64,000 nucleotides of DNA from Gammaproteobacteria bacterium (GTDB lineage Bacteria; Bacteroidota; Bacteroidia; Flavobacteriales_D; JABDKJ01): the NCBI GenBank assembly GCA_047638815.1, contig JBLIMR010000003.1:16988-80987 (forward strand), written 5' to 3'. The translations under genes were made by a program, and so were the position numbers. The notes beneath the pieces were generated by a model that worked only from the letters and a program-made list of their open reading frames with translations, searched no databases and had not been told where the DNA came from. Positions 51,208-63,576 of the stretch are shown here, piece after piece (the first letter of the stretch is position 1; every line of letters starts with the position of its first letter).

Positions 51208-52644
51208 ATGAGAAACTTTATTGCCTGCTTACTACTAATTGCATCAACACTTGCAGTTAACGCGCAAAACCTTGTCAGTTCTGAATTGCTCTCAACTACA
51301 TCTGCGGCCTTTTTACCTTTTATACCAGGTATCTCAACTGATTATGATGTTCATTATTATAAGGTGATATACAATACTGTTGATGTCAATGGTGACCCTA
51401 CTGTTGCTTCTGGAGCCCTCGCTGTTCCATTTACCGAAGACTGTACAGGTTTCCCGATTGCCATTTACCAGCATGGTACAACATTGAATAAAGAAGATGT
51501 TCCTTCCAGAGAAAATTCAGAATCTGATATAGTGAAAGTTTTAGCATCAAATGGATACTATGCTGTAGCTCCGGATTATATTGGCATGGGTGACAATCCA
51601 GGATTGCATCCATATGTACACGCAGAAAGTGAAGCAACTGCAGGTAGAGATCTCATTAGAGCAGCTAGAGAATTAATCACAGAACTTGACAATAATTCAT
51701 TGACAATTGATTATATTGAAAACGGAGAAGTGTTTATCACCGGTTATTCTCAAGGTGGTCATGCAGCAATGGCTTTACATAAACATATCGAAGACAATGA
51801 CCTCCTTGATGAGTTTAACTTAATTGGCTCCGCACCTGCATCAGGACCATACAATATGTCAGGGGCTCAGAGCGAAGTTATTCTATCAAACGAACCTTAT
51901 TCAAATCCCGGTTATCTAGTCTATTTGATGGCCGCTTATGAGTTAGCCTACGGAAATATTTATGATACGTATTCTGACATTCTTAATTCACCCTATGACG
52001 AAACTGTTGTTCCTTTTTTTAATGGGAACAACACAACCTTATCTATGGCACAACTAAACCCTCAATTACCAAATCAAATCGCTGATTTAATGCCTGCTGG
52101 ATATTTAGATGCATTCACAAATGATCCCGTACATCCATTGAGAGTTGCGTTGGAAGACAATAATAATTTCGACTGGGCCCCTCAAATTCCTGTTAGGATA
52201 TACTATTGTACTGGAGATGAACAAGTTAATTTCCAAAACTCAATAGATGCTATTGATGCAATGACAACAGCTGGAGCTACAGATGTTCAAGGTTTCAATG
52301 GAGGTCCATTTAATCATACTCTCTGCGTAATTCCTTCTCTTTCAGGGGCACTAAATTGGTTTAATTCAGCAAAGACAGGATGCGATGTAGTTGGTATTGA
52401 TGAACATGAAATAGCTGTAAACGTCTCACCAAATCCTTTTTCAGACTATCTTGAAATAAATGTAAACATTAGTATTGATTACTTGACAATACACTCAATC
52501 GATGGTAAAGTTGTTTTGGAAAAAACATACTCCAACATCAATACTATGAAGTTGGATCTTAAAAGTTTTAAGTCTGGCACTTATGTGATGTCGTTATATG
52601 CAAAAGAAAATCTAGTTGCTTCGAAATCTATCATCAAAAGATAA
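51208..52644 (+). CDS. Secreted lipase-like alpha/beta hydrolase with T9SS type-A CTD
   Basis: Signal peptide; YQHGT, APDYIG, GYSQGG, D-EQV and NH catalytic pattern; CTD VSPNPF...SIDGK...SGTY. Confidence 0.87.
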   Translation: MRNFIACLLLIASTLAVNAQNLVSSELLSTTSAAFLPFIPGISTDYDVHYYKVIYNTVDVNGDPTVASGALAVPFTEDCTGFPIAIYQHGTTLNKEDVPSRENSESDIVKVLASNGYYAVAPDYIGMGDNPGLHPYVHAESEATAGRDLIRAARELITELDNNSLTIDYIENGEVFITGYSQGGHAAMALHKHIEDNDLLDEFNLIGSAPASGPYNMSGAQSEVILSNEPYSNPGYLVYLMAAYELAYGNIYDTYSDILNSPYDETVVPFFNGNNTTLSMAQLNPQLPNQIADLMPAGYLDAFTNDPVHPLRVALEDNNNFDWAPQIPVRIYYCTGDEQVNFQNSIDAIDAMTTAGATDVQGFNGGPFNHTLCVIPSLSGALNWFNSAKTGCDVVGIDEHEIAVNVSPNPFSDYLEINVNISIDYLTIHSIDGKVVLEKTYSNINTMKLDLKSFKSGTYVMSLYAKENLVASKSIIKR

Positions 52645-52649
52645 TATAG

Positions 52650-53610
52650 TTAAGCGGACATTTTTGTTGCTAGTGGATCAATTAAATTCTTTGTCTCTGG
52701 AATTTTAAACCCTGCCACTAACACATCATCGATTTGTTCTTCACTTTCTTTCCAAAGATTGAACTCGTATTGCAGTAAATATTTCTGATCTTCAATATGT
52801 AATTCATTGGCAGATTTCAATAGTTCTCTAAAACGTTTACTTTGATATTTTTTTCCATTAGATCTCTACTTTTCTCCTCAACAATTAGATTTTTTTCCTG
52901 AATCTCTTTCTTTATATTTTCTTCTCGCACTAAAATTTTTCTAATGAAAAAAAACATAATTGTAAATGCTGCAATTAAAAAAACACCCACATAAATAATC
53001 TCCCTATAAACCTCTGCTTTTGCCCTTCTAATAAAACTATCAAATTCTTGATCAGCTTGAACGATTGCCACTGTTTGACCCAGTCGATTCTTTATAGGCG
53101 CGAATGCCGAAAGCCACTTTCCATTGACTGTGTTGTACGGTCCAAGCGTTCCTCCAATTGCATAATTACTTACACTAACATCATGCAAATCATCCAAAGT
53201 ATGCCTGAAGCAGGTCCCTATTGAAGAAGAAACTCCATACTCAAATTGTTTCCAGTCTTTTAAAACGAGAGTATAAATATCCGTTGTAAGGTCGTTTGCA
53301 ATTTTAGTTTTTTCTAATAATCTGTGAATTTTATAATACTCAATGTCTTCCTCAATATGTTTAATACCATCTTTCTCAGAATATTTATTAAAAAGGCTAG
53401 TGTGCAAATCTCCATCAATTTGCAAGGCCAAAGTTTTAGAAATTGCCTCCAGTTTTTCGATCTCTGCCTGCTTTATTCCTGACAAGTTAGATTGGTAAGT
53501 ATACACGACAAAAATACAACTGTTAGCAACAGAAAGTTGAACAACAACAGAATTATCCGTGTTGACAAATTGAGTACAGCCTGTTTGATACTTACTAATT
53601 TTTCAGACAT
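52650..53610 (-). pseudogene. Decayed membrane sensor with SpoIIE/PP2C phosphatase domain
   Basis: ATG 53610 and TM1 are frameshifted relative to ORF 52817..53506 (periplasmic sensor, TM2, coiled coil). Another frame then gives NGKKYQSKRFRELL...WKESEEQIDDVLVAGFKI, the last part of a SpoIIE domain. The domain core is missing. Confidence 0.8.
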
Positions 53611-53848
53611 CTGTATGTGTTGATTTTGGTGACATATACATCTAAACGTCAAAAAATGTCAGTAGTTACCCAATCCATTTCAGAATTAGGCAGAATAAAA
53701 GTGTAAAAAATGGTATCAAATGGAATTCATCAAAATTGTCCTTAGGCTTACAAAATCATAGGATAATGCGCTGTTATACTGACGCATAACTTTATTGTCA
53801 TGGGCACGTATAACAATAATATTAGGGTACGGACAAAGCGCAAATTTA

Positions 53849-54796
53849 TGAGCAATATAAAACACTTTATTCTCTTCCTTTTAACTTGGACCGCAGGCAC
53901 AAGTTACACCCAGATAACTGGTCACTTAGAACAAGCCAAAGATCATGAGGTCAATTATGAATATGAAGAAGCTCTGGTAATATATAGCTTGTTGTTAGAG
54001 GAGCGTCCAAAACGATTTGGACATTTATCTTTTAAGAGCATTAGTCTTTTTATATCTTGATCAACCGGACGATGCCCGCATAGATTTTAATCATGTAGTA
54101 AATTCAAATCCGATGAAAATTGACGGGCTACTCGGTATGAGTAAATTTTACAATTATGTGCAAAATTTGGATTCCGCTGTTTACTTTACAAATGTGGCGA
54201 TGATGATGTCCGAAACTTTCGAAGATCAAAAAAACTCCTTGGTTTCAAGAGGCGAAATATATCTCAACAATGGACAATTTAAAATGGCTGAATCTTCCTT
54301 TCTAAAGGCATACGAAATGGATCAAAATGACTATACCATTTTAGAAAAAGTAACATTGACTCTTCATGGGCAAGGTAAAGATGAAGAAGCATTTCGATAC
54401 CTTGATATGATTACAGACGAAAATGAAATCAACGGAAAGTCCTTGACCAAAATGGCCGATTTGACGAATAAAATATCAATGTATGGTGAGGCGAATTTAT
54501 ACCTTTAGCAAGCCCTCAATCTGGATCCATCCAACCCTGAAGCCAAATGTAATCTTGCTTTTACCTACATGCAGTTGGGTAGCTATAAAAAAGGATTAAC
54601 CTATGCCAACGAATCCATTGAGGCGAATCCCCTTAATAGTTATACTTACAGGGTCAGAGGCGAAATATTAGGACGTCTAGGAAAGAATTCAAAAGCTTGT
54701 CAAGATTTTAATAGATCAAGTTCCTTGGGTTATGTTCTTGAATATGGCAATGATCTTTATGAATTGATAGAAAAATATTGCCAACCGAAAGAGTAG
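53849..54796 (+). pseudogene. Tetratricopeptide-repeat protein broken by a frameshift and an in-frame TAG
   Basis: Signal peptide and first TPR in ORF 53800..54060; frameshift at ccAAAAcg (~54008-54013); TAG 54506-54508 followed in frame by QALNLDPSNPEAKCNLA into ORF 54569..54796. Confidence 0.8.
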
Positions 54797-54823
54797 TAAA
54801 TTCTATATAATTTCGAAGTTCAA

Positions 54824-55783
54824 CTAACTTCCAAGAACTTCCTTCACAATATTTCTTACTACACCTGATTTACCCATTGTATAATAATGCAAGACTGGAA
54901 CTCCTTTGCTTATTAATTCATTTGCCTGTTCAACACCCCATTCCTCACTAACTTTTTGAATATCTTCCTTACTAGAACATTTGATGATTTTTCTTGATAG
55001 TTTGTCAGGTATATCTACATGAAATGTTTTAGGAATTGAGTTTAATTGCGACTTAAAACTTAAAGGTTTTAACCCTGGAATAATAGGGACTGTTATTCCT
55101 GCTTCTCTACATTTATCTGAAAAATCGAAAAACTTTTGATTATCAAAAAACATTTGAGTAACGATGTAGTCAGCACCTAGTTCCACCTTTCTTTTTAAAT
55201 AATAAATATCAGACTCCATATTCGGAGATTCTGAATGTTTTTCGGGGTATCCGGCAACACCGATACAGAAATCTGTTGAATGAACTTCGCTTTGTTCTTC
55301 ATCAAGGTATTGACCTTTATTGAGCTTATTGACTTGTTCAATTAATCCAGAAGCATATTTATGACCATTCACTTGAGGGATGAAATTTTTGTCGCTGCGC
55401 CTAGCGTCTCCCCTCAGAGCAACGATATTATTAATGCCCAAATAATTCAAATCAATGAGGGCATTTTCTGTTTCCTCTTTGTTGAAACCACCACAGATAA
55501 TATGGGGAACAACATCGATATTATATTTATGTCCAATAGCTGCACAAATACCAACCGTCCCAGGTCTTTTCCGAACCGAGTGCTCCTCTAACAAACCGTT
55601 CGGCAACTTCTTGTAAACGGATTCTTCTCTATGGTATGTCACATTGATAAAAGCTGGATCGCACTCGATTAACTCATCAATAGATCCATATAATTCTTCA
55701 ATGTTTTGTCCTTTCAGTGGTGGCAGTATTTCGAAAGAAAAAAGTGTCTTTTTCGTTTTCTTTATGTGTTCGGTAATCTTCAT
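54824..55783 (-). CDS. metF: 5,10-methylenetetrahydrofolate reductase
   Basis: SFEILPP, ALRGD, AGYPEKH, VTQMFFD and HYYTM. Confidence 0.95.
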   Translation of the reverse strand: MKITEHIKKTKKTLFSFEILPPLKGQNIEELYGSIDELIECDPAFINVTYHREESVYKKLPNGLLEEHSVRKRPGTVGICAAIGHKYNIDVVPHIICGGFNKEETENALIDLNYLGINNIVALRGDARRSDKNFIPQVNGHKYASGLIEQVNKLNKGQYLDEEQSEVHSTDFCIGVAGYPEKHSESPNMESDIYYLKRKVELGADYIVTQMFFDNQKFFDFSDKCREAGITVPIIPGLKPLSFKSQLNSIPKTFHVDIPDKLSRKIIKCSSKEDIQKVSEEWGVEQANELISKGVPVLHYYTMGKSGVVRNIVKEVLGS

Positions 55784-55813
55784 ATATTCTATTCTCTAAA
55801 TATTATTTTTCTA

Positions 55814-58800
55814 CTAATAAGCCAAATTTGGATCAAGCCATTTCTCCATTTCATCCAAGTCTATTCCTTTTCGTTTCGCATAATTTTGGACTTGGTCTTT
55901 TTGAATTTTCCCTACCCCAAAGTATTTCGATTCTGGATGTGAATAATACATCCCACAAATAGAAGAAGCCGGCATCATCATCATGCTTTCAGTAAGCCGG
56001 ATATTCAACTTTGATTCCACCTCTAAAATCTCAAACAATTTTGTTTTTTCGGTATGATCAGGACAAGCAGGGTATCCATGTGCCGGTCTTATTCCTTGAT
56101 ATTTTTCCAAAATAAAATCATTGGACGATAAATCTTCATCGGCCGCATAGCCCCAGAAGTTCAATCTTACCTCATGATGAAGATGTTCAGCAAACGCTTC
56201 CGCTAATCTATCAGCTACCGCTTTAATAAGAATGTTTTCATAATCATCCAAGTTGTTCGCTGCAATATATTTATCTAGCTCACTTCCAATACTCACCGCG
56301 AAACCTCCGATATAATCTGGATGTTCTCCTTGTGGTGCAATCAAGTCCGCCAATGAATGGTTGTCTCCACTTTTTTTAGTCTGTTGTCTTAATGCATAAA
56401 ATCTCGCCTTCTCTTTTATTCTTTTGTCAGACTCATAAAGTATGATCGTATCATCCTCTATTACCTCCGCAGGGTAAAATCCTACAACACCTTGAGCATC
56501 TAAAATGGACTCATCAATTATTTTATCAATGAGGTCGTTTGCGGCCTTAAATAATTTGGAAGCTTCTTCGCCATACTTTTCATCTTGAAGTATTTCAGGA
56601 TATTTCCCTTTTAGCATCCAAGTGGAGAAAAACGGTGTCCAATCGATGTACTTCCTAAGCGTAGCTATCGAATAATCACGGAAATATTTATTGCCAATAA
56701 AACTTGGTTTCGTAGGTATATAATTCTTCCAATCTATCTTTTGTTTGTTTGTTCTTGCCTCATCATAAGTCACATATTCGGCACGTTCATTTCTTCTTTC
56801 ATGGCGTTCTCTCGCCAATTGATAATCCGCCTTAGTTTTTAGCAGTAATTCCTTTGTTCTGTCTTCGTTTAATATGTCGTTCACCAACGGTACAGCAAGA
56901 GATGCATTTTGTACATGTAAAACCAATCCGGAATAATGAGGGTCAATCTTAACTGCAGTATGAACCTTAGATGTTGTTGCCCCTCCGATAAGAATTGGGA
57001 TATCCAATTTTCTTCTCGTCATCTCTTTGGCAAAATCTATCATTTCATCAAGAGAAGGTGTTATCAATCCACTCAATCCAATGGCATCCACATTGAGTTC
57101 AATGGCTTTTTTAAGAATCTTATCTGCTGGCACCATTACACCCAAATCGACTATCTCATAATTGTTGCATGCCAAAACAACCGCAACGATATTTTTACCG
57201 ATATCATGTACATCACCCTTCACAGTTGCCAACAATATTTTCCCCTTATAGTGCGCTGAAGAATCTCCCTTTTCTGCATTGATGAACGGCATCAGATATG
57301 CCACCGCTTGTTTCATCACTCTAGCAGATTTAACCACTTGTGGTAGAAACATTTTTCCTGCACCAAACAATTCACCGACCACATTCATACCGTCCATTAA
57401 AGGTCCTTCAATAACACTTATTGCACGATCACTTTCAGCTCTCAGTTCCTCCGTATCCTCTTCGATGAATTTTGTAATTCCTTTGACCAAAGATCTTATA
57501 ACTCTCTTTTCAACTGACCATTCACGCCACTCTTCCACTTCTTCTTCCTTACTTTCTTTTGGACCCACGCTTTTAGCAAAATCTAAAAGATTCTCTGTCG
57601 CATCCCTATTTCTATTGAGCAAAACATCCTCAATTTTCTCCATTAAAACAGGATCAACCTCATCATATATCTCGAGTAAAGAAGGATTAACGATGGCCAT
57701 GTCCATACCCGCTTTTTTAGCGTGATATAAAAAGGAAGCATGCATGGCCTCTCTAACAACATTATTTCCCCTGAAGGAAAAAGACACATTACTCAATCCT
57801 CCTGAAATATGTGCCTTTGGGAGATTCTCCTTAATCCAACTGGTGGCTTCAAAGAAGTCAACTGCATTCAGAATGTGCTCATCCATTCCTGTTGCAACCG
57901 GAAAAATGTTAGGGTCAAGAATAATATCTTCAGGAGGGAATTTAACTTTATTGACAAGAATGTCATATGATTTTTGACAGATCTCAATTCGCCTGTTCAG
58001 AGTATCTGCTTGACCTTCTTCATCAAATGCCATAACAACAACTGCAGCACCATATTTTCTTATGAGGCTCGCTTTTTCAATAAAATCCGCTTCTCCTTCT
58101 TTTAAACTTATAGAATTTACAATTGATTTTCCTTGAACTCTTTTCAATCCTGCTTCCAATATATCCCATCTAGAAGAATCAATCATTATAGGCACTTTTG
58201 CTATATCCGGTTCAGAAGCAATAAGATTCAAAAATTTCACCATCGCCTCCTTGCCATCCAGCATGCCATCATCCATGTTGATGTCAATAATGTTGGCTCC
58301 ACCATCCACTTGCTCTTGCGCTATTTGCAGTGCCTCATCATATTTATTATCCGAAATTAGTCTAAGGAACTTTCTGGACCCAGCGACATTAGTTCGCTCA
58401 CCTATATTTATAAAATTAGTATTCGGTAGAACATTCAAAGTCTCCAATCCAGAAAGTGTCAAAATTTGATCTTGTTTCTTTATCACTCGCGGTGTAAAAC
58501 CGCTTGCAACATTTGCTATTTCCTTAATATGCTCTGGCGTTGTGCCGCAACATCCACCAAGAATATTTATGAAACCTTCTTTTAAAAACCCTTCCATGAC
58601 TTGCGCCATATATTTTGGTGATTGATCATATTCACCAAATTCATTAGGCAATCCAGCATTGGGATGTGCAGAAGTGAAGAAAGATGATTTCTCCGATAAG
58701 ATTTTCATGTACGGTCGTAACTCTTCTGCTCCAAGTGCGCAATTAAGTCCTATACTAAGCAATGGAACATGTGACAAACTATTTAGAAATGCTTCAGTCG

Positions 58801-59473
58801 TTTGTCCTGAAAGTGTTCTGCCACTTGCATCTGTAATCGTCCCCGAAACCATGATCGGAATTTCTTGATCGCTTCCTTCTAGATAGTCTTGTATTGCAAA
58901 TAATGCAGCTTTTGCGTTCAATGTATCAAAGACGGTCTCTACTAATAATATGTCCACTCCTCCTTCCACCAAAGCTCTGGTCTGATCAAAATAAGCTTCT
59001 CGAAGGGTATCAAAATCGATTGCGCGAAATCCCGGATCGTTTACATCAGGCGACATGGAAGCCGTCCTATTCGTTGGCCCTATAGATCCTGCAACATATC
59101 TCGATTTTCCAGGATCTCTGGCTTCCATTTCATCCGCAACCTCTCTCGCAATCTTAGCACCATAATAATTAAGATCATAGACGCTATCCAACATATCATA
59201 GTCCGCCATAGAAATAGCATTACTTGAAAAGGTGTTGGTCTCGACAATGTCCGCCCCAGCCTCAAAATATGCTCTGTGAATATCCTTAATGATGTCTGGC
59301 TGAGTAATAGACAACATATCGTTATTCCCTTTTACAAGACTTGGATGATTAGCATACTGCTCTCCTCTAAAATCCTTTTCCTCGAGTTTATGACGCTGAA
59401 TCATAGTACCCATAGCACCATCTAAAACTAAGACTCTCCTTGTTAAATCGGCTTTAATATCCCTTTTTCTCAT
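55814..59473 (-). CDS. metH: Cobalamin-dependent methionine synthase (single full-length gene)
   Basis: [28 protein letters not shown] (B12-binding) and [12 protein letters not shown]. Start set to ATG 59473, because the ORF-track start lies inside the riboswitch. Confidence 0.96.
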   Translation of the reverse strand: MRKRDIKADLTRRVLVLDGAMGTMIQRHKLEEKDFRGEQYANHPSLVKGNNDMLSITQPDIIKDIHRAYFEAGADIVETNTFSSNAISMADYDMLDSVYDLNYYGAKIAREVADEMEARDPGKSRYVAGSIGPTNRTASMSPDVNDPGFRAIDFDTLREAYFDQTRALVEGGVDILLVETVFDTLNAKAALFAIQDYLEGSDQEIPIMVSGTITDASGRTLSGQTTEAFLNSLSHVPLLSIGLNCALGAEELRPYMKILSEKSSFFTSAHPNAGLPNEFGEYDQSPKYMAQVMEGFLKEGFINILGGCCGTTPEHIKEIANVASGFTPRVIKKQDQILTLSGLETLNVLPNTNFINIGERTNVAGSRKFLRLISDNKYDEALQIAQEQVDGGANIIDINMDDGMLDGKEAMVKFLNLIASEPDIAKVPIMIDSSRWDILEAGLKRVQGKSIVNSISLKEGEADFIEKASLIRKYGAAVVVMAFDEEGQADTLNRRIEICQKSYDILVNKVKFPPEDIILDPNIFPVATGMDEHILNAVDFFEATSWIKENLPKAHISGGLSNVSFSFRGNNVVREAMHASFLYHAKKAGMDMAIVNPSLLEIYDEVDPVLMEKIEDVLLNRNRDATENLLDFAKSVGPKESKEEEVEEWREWSVEKRVIRSLVKGITKFIEEDTEELRAESDRAISVIEGPLMDGMNVVGELFGAGKMFLPQVVKSARVMKQAVAYLMPFINAEKGDSSAHYKGKILLATVKGDVHDIGKNIVAVVLACNNYEIVDLGVMVPADKILKKAIELNVDAIGLSGLITPSLDEMIDFAKEMTRRKLDIPILIGGATTSKVHTAVKIDPHYSGLVLHVQNASLAVPLVNDILNEDRTKELLLKTKADYQLARERHERRNERAEYVTYDEARTNKQKIDWKNYIPTKPSFIGNKYFRDYSIATLRKYIDWTPFFSTWMLKGKYPEILQDEKYGEEASKLFKAANDLIDKIIDESILDAQGVVGFYPAEVIEDDTIILYESDKRIKEKARFYALRQQTKKSGDNHSLADLIAPQGEHPDYIGGFAVSIGSELDKYIAANNLDDYENILIKAVADRLAEAFAEHLHHEVRLNFWGYAADEDLSSNDFILEKYQGIRPAHGYPACPDHTEKTKLFEILEVESKLNIRLTESMMMMPASSICGMYYSHPESKYFGVGKIQKDQVQNYAKRKGIDLDEMEKWLDPNLAY

Positions 59474-59561
59474 GTACAAACGTTCTTTTGCACTCTCAAG
59501 AAAGAAATAGGATAAAGATTTGACCCGATATACATCGGCAGGAAAAGAGTTTTCCCTTGAT

Positions 59562-59666
59562 CTCATCTTTCTGAACACACTTCGTTCAGCAGGATTTAGC
59601 ACCTTTTCCAATGTGGACGGTTGCTTAGGTTTCATAGGGCCTGTCCCTCAACCTTTCTTGATAAGT
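59562..59666 (-). ncRNA. SAM-I (S-box) riboswitch upstream of metH-metF
   Basis: Minus strand ACTTATCAAGAAAGGTTGAGGGACAGGCCCTATGAAACCTAAGCAACC...AAGGTGCTAAATCC...AAAGATGAG: P1 CTTATC/GATGAG, kink-turn P2 and GCAACC/GGTGC P3 core. Confidence 0.93.
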
Positions 59667-59810
59667 GAGTCAAAGGTGATTAAAGATAAATTGATATCCA
59701 AAAGATATTTCATTTAATCAATTAGATTAGGGATTCTCGGGTGTATTGAACCTATCAAAAAAAGCAAAGAAAAAATTATCAACATATTTGTGAAATATTC
59801 AATATTATGG

Positions 59811-59818
59811 TAGCTTTG
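59811..59818 (+). promoter_or_regulatory. Primary-sigma -7 element for atpDC
   Basis: TAGCTTTG with TTTG about 20 nt upstream. Confidence 0.65.
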
Positions 59819-59856
59819 CAGCCGAAAATTTAGATGAATAAATTAATAAAAATTGA

Positions 59857-61362
<1,506 letters not shown>

Positions 61363-61374
61363 TAAAAATTATTT

Positions 61375-61403
61375 AAGGGCTCCAATTTCGGAGCCCTTCT
61401 TTT
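61375..61403 (+). terminator. Hairpin between atpD and atpC (partial terminator or RNA-stability element)
   Basis: AAGGGCTCC-aatttc-GGAGCCCTT followed by CTTTT. Confidence 0.6.
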
Positions 61404-61416
61404 ATACCCTAGAGAC

Positions 61417-61647
61417 TTGAGATTAGAAATCATATCACCAGACGAAGAAATTTTCACAGGAGAAGTTAGCTCGATAGTTGTCCCGGCAATTGATGGCAGT
61501 TTAGGTATCCTTGATAATCATGCACCGTTAATCACTACGCTGAAAGAAGGAGACATCGAACTTAAAGGTGATTCTGATCAGGTGATATCTATTAAAGGTG
61601 GCGTTCTTGAAGTACTAAGGAATAAGGTGGTTATTCTAGCGGAGTAG
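61417..61647 (+). CDS. atpC: F1Fo ATP synthase subunit epsilon (N-terminal domain only)
   Basis: LEIISPD...VVPAIDGSLGILDNHAPLIT...GGVLEV; TTG start. Confidence 0.93.
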   Translation: MRLEIISPDEEIFTGEVSSIVVPAIDGSLGILDNHAPLITTLKEGDIELKGDSDQVISIKGGVLEVLRNKVVILAE

Positions 61648-61699
61648 TTTTCTTATTTAAAAAATTCAACCGATTAGCTGAAAAATCACTTTTCACTCT

Positions 61700-62026
61700 T
61701 CACTTTAAACTTGGATTGTTCCGATGTCTATCTTGATCCCGACTCGTTTTCTTTTCAAAATTCTTTTCAATGGCAGATTTCAAGTCAATACCTGTTTGAT
61801 TCGCAATACATGTAATCACGAACATAACATCTGCCAATTCATCGCCTAGATCCTTATTTTTATCAGAATTTTTCTCAGATTGCTCCCCATATCTTCTCGA
61901 CATAATTCTTGCCACCTCCCCTACTTCTTCCGTGAGAATGGCCATATTTGTTAGCTCATCGAAATAACGAACACCATATTCCTTTATCCATCGATCTACA
62001 CTTTCTTGATATGATTTAATATCCAT
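61700..62026 (-). CDS. MazG-like nucleotide pyrophosphohydrolase
   Basis: RYFDELTNMAILTEEVGEVAR...DELAD (ExxE motifs). Confidence 0.9.
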   Translation of the reverse strand: MDIKSYQESVDRWIKEYGVRYFDELTNMAILTEEVGEVARIMSRRYGEQSEKNSDKNKDLGDELADVMFVITCIANQTGIDLKSAIEKNFEKKTSRDQDRHRNNPSLK

Positions 62027-62478
62027 TATTCTTTGTTCTTTGTATCTATTGAAATTGTCACAGGCCCGTCATTGATTAACGCGACTTTCATGTCCGCTCC
62101 AAATTTACCAGCACCTGCCTTCTTACCAAGGGCTTCTGAAATTTGCACTATAAAATCTTCATACATAGGAATTGCCTTTTCGGGTTTGGCTGCAGCAATG
62201 AAAGATGGTCTATTGCCTTTTTTAACACGTGCAAAGAGCGTGAATTGAGAAATAACTAATACCTCCCCATCAATGTCAAGAACGCTCTTATTCATCATCC
62301 CATTTGAATCAGAGAATACTCTCAGGTTTATGATTTTATTGATCAACCAATCGGCATCTTCTTTCTCATCATTATCGGCAACACCCAAAAGCACCAAAAA
62401 GCCATTTTCTATTTTCGATATTATCTCGCCATCAACTTTTACTGATGCTTCAGAAACTCTTTGTAATACTGCTTTCAT
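62026..62478 (-). CDS. dtd: D-aminoacyl-tRNA deacylase
   Basis: QRV, SQFTL, KGNRPSF and FGADM...NDGPVT. Confidence 0.96.
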   Translation of the reverse strand: MKAVLQRVSEASVKVDGEIISKIENGFLVLLGVADNDEKEDADWLINKIINLRVFSDSNGMMNKSVLDIDGEVLVISQFTLFARVKKGNRPSFIAAAKPEKAIPMYEDFIVQISEALGKKAGAGKFGADMKVALINDGPVTISIDTKNKE

Positions 62479-63426
62479 TTACTTCAAGTGATCTGGTTTT
62501 CTAAATTGATTTTCTTCTTCGCAATCCTGAAATATTGAAACATAGCTTTTATATCTGCTAGCTGCTAATTCGCCTTCTTCCAATGCCATTTTCACAGCAC
62601 ACTTCGGCTCATTTATGTGTTTGCAATTGTAAAATTTACAAGCATCTAGTCGCTGCTTCATCTCTGGAAAATATAAAGCCACCTCCTCTTTATCCAAATC
62701 GATAATACCAAAGGCTTTAACTCCTGGTGAATCTATTATGTATCCTCCAAAATCTAAAGGAAACATCTCCGCGAATGTCGTTGTGTGTTTTCCTGTTTTG
62801 AAACTTTCCGACACTTCACTTGTTTTAAGCGCTAGATCAGGAAGTAATCTATTTATTATTGTTGACTTCCCCACTCCAGACTGCCCGATAAAAAATGATT
62901 TCTTATCCTTTAATGTTTTTTCAAAGTCGGACATATCACTAGTCAGTGCATCCAATCTTATCGTGTCATAACCGATTTTTGCATATGTCTTTGAAAGCTC
63001 TTCGTATAATGCATCTTCCTTTTCTCCATAAAGATCAACTTTATTAAAAATGAGCATTGGTTTGATGCCATAAACTTCAGCGTTTAGCAATACCCGATCA
63101 ATAAATTCAGTTGGGGTAAAAGGGCTTGACAATGTCACCACCAATACCAATAAATCAATGTTGGCAGCTAAGACATGGGACTCTTTTGATAGATTAATTG
63201 ACTTTCTCTTAATATGATTTCTTCTCGGTCTGATTTGAGAAATAACATTACCGGCATCTTGCACTTCTACCAAAACTGTATCCCCGACAGCTACTGGGTT
63301 AGTGCTTCTATTACCCTCCAATCGAAATTTCCCCTTGAGTCCAGCCTCGATGATTTCACCGTCCTCCATGATTAAACGGTATCTGCTCCCCGTGGATTTA
63401 ACAACCGTTCCTTCCTGTTCTTGCAT
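62479..63426 (-). CDS. rsgA: Small ribosomal subunit biogenesis GTPase RsgA
   Basis: NKVD, GQSGVGKS, GKHTTT, DSPG and CKFYNCKHINEPKC. Start moved to ATG 63426. Confidence 0.95.
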   Translation of the reverse strand: MQEQEGTVVKSTGSRYRLIMEDGEIIEAGLKGKFRLEGNRSTNPVAVGDTVLVEVQDAGNVISQIRPRRNHIKRKSINLSKESHVLAANIDLLVLVVTLSSPFTPTEFIDRVLLNAEVYGIKPMLIFNKVDLYGEKEDALYEELSKTYAKIGYDTIRLDALTSDMSDFEKTLKDKKSFFIGQSGVGKSTIINRLLPDLALKTSEVSESFKTGKHTTTFAEMFPLDFGGYIIDSPGVKAFGIIDLDKEEVALYFPEMKQRLDACKFYNCKHINEPKCAVKMALEEGELAASRYKSYVSIFQDCEEENQFRKPDHLK

Positions 63427-63576
63427 AATACTAAAGTAGTATATTTCTTTATAATTATCGCAGTTGCATGTGACAGTGAACACAAGTTATCTCGCACATG
63501 TAATTTTCCCCAAATCCTGTCGTTAAAAATTCTTCAAACAGCAATTGAACTCTACAATTATTATTAATTTTACAAT

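Noticed and set aside
6890-54508. Stop-codon reassignment or programmed readthrough as the cause of the in-frame TAA/TAG codons
   Set aside because: Core genes end normally at TAA and TAG, prfA is intact, and some affected loci also carry frameshifts or a deletion. Pseudogenisation is simpler.
59474-59635. 54-codon N-terminal extension of MetH in the ORF track
   Set aside because: Its ATG lies inside the conserved SAM-I aptamer, and MetH similarity starts only at MRKRDI (59473). Treated as a chance open frame.
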